64,000 nucleotides of DNA from the human T2T-CHM13v2.0 reference genome, Homo sapiens: the NCBI RefSeq assembly GCF_009914755.1, contig NC_060931.1. The stretch is one strand, 5' to 3'. The position numbers were made by a program, and so were the translations under genes. Positions 60,276 through 64,000 of this stretch are shown piece after piece (positions within the stretch are counted from its first letter, which is position 1; every line of letters starts with the position of its first letter). The notes under the pieces are model-generated. The model saw only the letters and a program-made list of their open reading frames with translations. It did no database searches and was not told the DNA's origin.

Positions 60276-61845
60276 GGATTTAATGTGATAATATATGTGA
60301 GTCACAATCCATAAACTTTGTTTCCACACTGCACCACGCATGTTTCATAGCTCCAGAGCCTCATTAGAGAATGAGCAATGTGTGTACACATAGGCCAATA
60401 CCTTATATTTTAGCATAAGTTTCCTTCCAGATTTATATAGTTTAGCAGACACCTCTTAAGATAAAATATAAAATATCTATGGAAATCATGAATAATTTAT
60501 AATTTCGTGTAAAAGTTAGATTTGATAGGCCTCAAATACAATTAAAAAGAAAAGGTTAGAAACATCTTGGTTGCTCTGTTGAATTCCCACTTTAACCATG
60601 TGCCAATTCTAGTTTTTCTTATTGTCTCAAAGCCATGCCAATTTATAAATATTTACCTTTTCAAGGCATTACATTTAATACACATTATTTTGTTTAGACC
60701 TCAAATATACCTTTATAATGTATATTTTTATTCTCATTTTATAGGGAAGGAAATAAAATTCATAGGGATGAAGTTGTAAGATGTAAAGTTTCTTTAGGGA
60801 CAAAAATAAGGAGACATACAATGGTAATTACATAAACCACAAGTTAATATAGCATGTTCTAAGGCAGAAAAAAAGATTCTCAGTTCCCCTAAGTTTTTCC
60901 ATGCTAACAACAGCTATGGATGAAACTACTAATTCATTTATTTGAAATAGATTAGTTCAGTATCTAGTATACCATATAGAACATATAACCATATAGAACA
61001 TGAGAATGGATGATGGAGGGAGAGGGAGGAGGTAAATAGGTAGGTATATAGATAGGTAATATGTATATCTACCCTATCTAACATATATACATGGATGTAC
61101 ATTCATATAGGTTAGAAGCACTGGGTCACATCAGTAGTTATTGACAGAAACTCCTTCCAGTAATATTAGGTTTGTGCAAATAGATTTACATTGTTTTTTT
61201 ATTATCTTGTTCCTTCAGAAACTTTTTACAGAATCAGATATGCCTTTCTGTACCAGCACGTTGATGTTTACTAGTGAACAACATATAACATGGCTCAGAG
61301 ACTTTAATTTATGTCATATAGTATGGGGGAAGTAGACAGTTGAGGAATTTAAGACAATAAAATTGGAACAGTAATCATAATAACATTTAGAATTGGCAAT
61401 TATCTTTAGTTTCCACCCAGATGCAGAATACTTGAGTTTTTTAGAAAGTAATTTTCTAACACAAAATTTTGAATTTTTATGTAAATTTGGAAAAGCATTT
61501 AGGTCTTAATTGTTCAGACTATAGCATCAACTCATAATTAAGATATAAGAAAATAAAATATTAAATCATGGAACATAATTATATCCATCTCATTACTTAT
61601 ATCAAGACAAGCCCTATATCTCATAGAAGTTGAGAAACAATATTATAATATATATTTGAATTTGAAAAAATCAATAAACACCTGATTGGATTTTTCACTT
61701 TGCTTTTAGGTTGTTATTTTGAAGACATTGGCTTTAAGAATATAAAGATGTTAATCTCCTTAAAACTTTTTCGGTTCCACTTAAAGTCAAACACCAAGCA
61801 AAGAGTCATATGCCTTTTAAAGATGAAGGGTTTCCTCACACTTAC

Positions 61846-61922
61846 CTGCTAAAGGGCCTCTTCTTGATGAATAATTCCCTTTGTTATGTTAGACTGTCCC
61901 ATGGATGGTTTTTTTAAATATT
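61846..61922 (-). other. Candidate 77-nt non-coding exon
   Basis: Acceptor ttatttgtttgctttgctttccag|AA and perfect donor CAG|GTAAGT. Stops in all three frames. Confidence 0.35.
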
Positions 61923-62819
61923 CTGGAAAGCAAAGCAAACAAATAATTTATAAAGTTTGAACTTTGACGCAAACTTGAACCTTCTTAGTAAACTGGTTTA
62001 ATAAACAAAAAAGCACACTTCTGTCCTATTGCCAGCAGACTCTTCCATGACACCTTGGAAACATTACTGATCCTGTCTCTCAGGCATCGTTAACCTCTTT
62101 GTTCTCTCATCACTAGGCACTCAGAGCACTATTATCTCCCTCACTTCTTCCCAAATTGGATTCTCAGAGATTATTTCCACTATTTGTGTGTGTAAATTTG
62201 GCTCATGTCTTCTCACCCTCTGTTTAGCTGCCTTATCTTTTTAGACAAAATCTGTTCGCCCTCTTAACTGCTTTGGACATTTCCGGCTATCTTCTTTCAC
62301 ACTCTGGGGCTGTGACTCCCTCCTTTAATTTCCGGTTAACTCACTGTGAGTGAGTATTAGTCAACTTAGCATCTGGTTACAGAGCAACCAAGCTATTTTT
62401 CTTACAATTATCCTCAAATGCTCTTAAACTTAAAGGCTTAGTGTTTTGGCACAAGTTGAATAGGAATTCTGGATTCTACAGTTATCATGCTTATGTGACA
62501 GAGCAACCTCAGATTTGGAGGCCATGGCAAGAGGTTGAGTGGGTGGATACAATGGTGACTAGTTTAATGAGTCACTCATTGAGAGTTTTAGTGCTGAAAA
62601 CTGCATTCAGAGAAACACACAAGTGGTTCTTAAAGGACATAGGCAAAATCATTTCATAGGTAGAAATCACCTGACCTGAAATTAAAACATCTGCAGCATG
62701 CCCTCTCTGTCTCAGGAAATCAAAAAACTTCATAGTACCCCGTGACCAAATAATTAAAAATATAGGTTAGTTTTTAAGTTTAGAACCAGAATATCTTTTC
62801 AAGTAAAAACTCAGTTGCT

Positions 62820-63308
62820 TTGGTGCTAGCTTGTATTACTGGCACTACTTCTCACTTCCGTCTTATCTCCATGCTTTTTGCCATATGAGTTTGCCACTCT
62901 TCCCTCAAAGGGGAACAGCATATTTCCCCACTCTGGCTATGAATTTCATCATGAGACTTGCTTTTGCAAATAGGATGATGTAAAAGTGACAACATGCCAG
63001 CTCCAAAAGCTGAGTCCTCAAGATATGTTGTATGTTTCCATTCGCTCTCTTGTCCTTTTGCCGTCACCATAAAATGTACATACCTGGGCTAACCCACTGG
63101 TTTCAAAAGAATGATGAAAAATACATGGAATGGAGAAGCCCTTGCTAAGTTGCCCCAGCCAAGCCCAGACTAAATAAGTGTCCCCAGTCAACCTGTAGAA
63201 ACTAGAGTGAGCTCACACATCGGATAACTCCAGTGGACCAAGCTGATGGTTTCTTTAAGGCCACCAACTTTCCTGTAGTTTGGTATTCCATAATAGCTCT
63301 TCAATACA
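62820..63308 (+). mobile_element. MaLR solo LTR, MLT1H-like
   Basis: catgagacttgcttt...ccccagccaagcccag...tagctcttcaataca. Confidence 0.7.
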
Positions 63309-63649
63309 TGTTGAATAGAATCATTTTTGAAATAAGCACAGAAATCAGTCATCTACAACCTTGCCCAAATTCCTACTTCATCAGCGTTACATGGACATAT
63401 TTTCAACTAGGCATCTCTTAGGAAATGTCCGCAGTCATTATTAACAAAAAGCAAATAGGGTCAGTAACTTTTTATTATGGACTAAAATAACAGATATTTT
63501 CTGAAATAATATGAGATCAGCCTGACTTACCCCAAAGTAAATTTATATTTTTGATCACACAGTAATTTATGAATAAAAGTAATTTATAAAATCATGCCTT
63601 TGAAACGTTGGCAAAGCTCTAAATTTGTTCCTGAATTTCCAAATGCAGA

Positions 63650-63885
63650 CAGTACATCATGGTGGTTAAGAATAGAATTGCAATAATACAACCAAGGATA
63701 TAAGCCCAAATGTGCTACATATATTTATCCTTGGAAAATAACTAAGATTTTCTGAGCTTCAGATTTTTATTGCAGAGGAAGTTAATAATAATAACATTCA
63801 ATTTTCATATAATGCATACATAGTACTTTGTCTAGTGTCTGGAAAATAAAAGTGAGTACTAACATTTTCCAAGAAAGTTTAAGTT
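63650..63885 (+). mobile_element. MIR
   Basis: catggtggttaagaa...ccttggaaaataactaa...ctgagcttcagattt...agtgtctgg. Confidence 0.6.
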
Positions 63886-64000
63886 ACATTCATTAACATT
63901 AGTATTTACTATTTTGTATTATATTTTTTAACAAGTAGTTGTTGAAAATATGGCATGAGATGAGTTTGGCTTTAGGTGACAAGAAGATTAGCAAGGAAGT

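Noticed and set aside
60971-61001. ACCATATAGAACAT repeated with 17-bp period
   Set aside because: Two-copy slippage duplication, not an array; nothing CRISPR-like anywhere in the window.

Overview
Human genomic DNA: an Alu at 8351-8654 carries all five AluYa5 diagnostic positions. The window is very AT-rich and repeat-dense, with no intact protein-coding gene, tRNA/rRNA or CRISPR array. Repeats include Alus of several ages, a 3.4-kb 5'-truncated L1PA with a decayed ORF2, older L1MA/L1MC/L1ME pieces, L2/MIR, THE1 and MLT1 LTRs, and DNA transposons (Tigger1, MER2, MER30B, MER33, Charlie). Most ORFs in the supplied track are repeat remnants or low-complexity artefacts. The most interesting signal is a candidate three-exon minus-strand gene relic at about 6.74 kb to 0.42 kb. 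It has a Kozak ATG next to a small CpG patch, phase-consistent GT-AG junctions, about three hydrophobic segments, one in-frame TAG and a probable 1-nt frameshift, so it may be a unitary pseudogene of a small membrane protein. Also notable: a 218-bp local duplicate inserted in a (TA)n microsatellite, a MIR>THE1C>Alu nest head-to-head with a THE1B carrying a DUX4 motif, and several palindromes. Repeat subfamily names come from my recall of consensus sequences, not from a search, and boundaries of old repeats are approximate.
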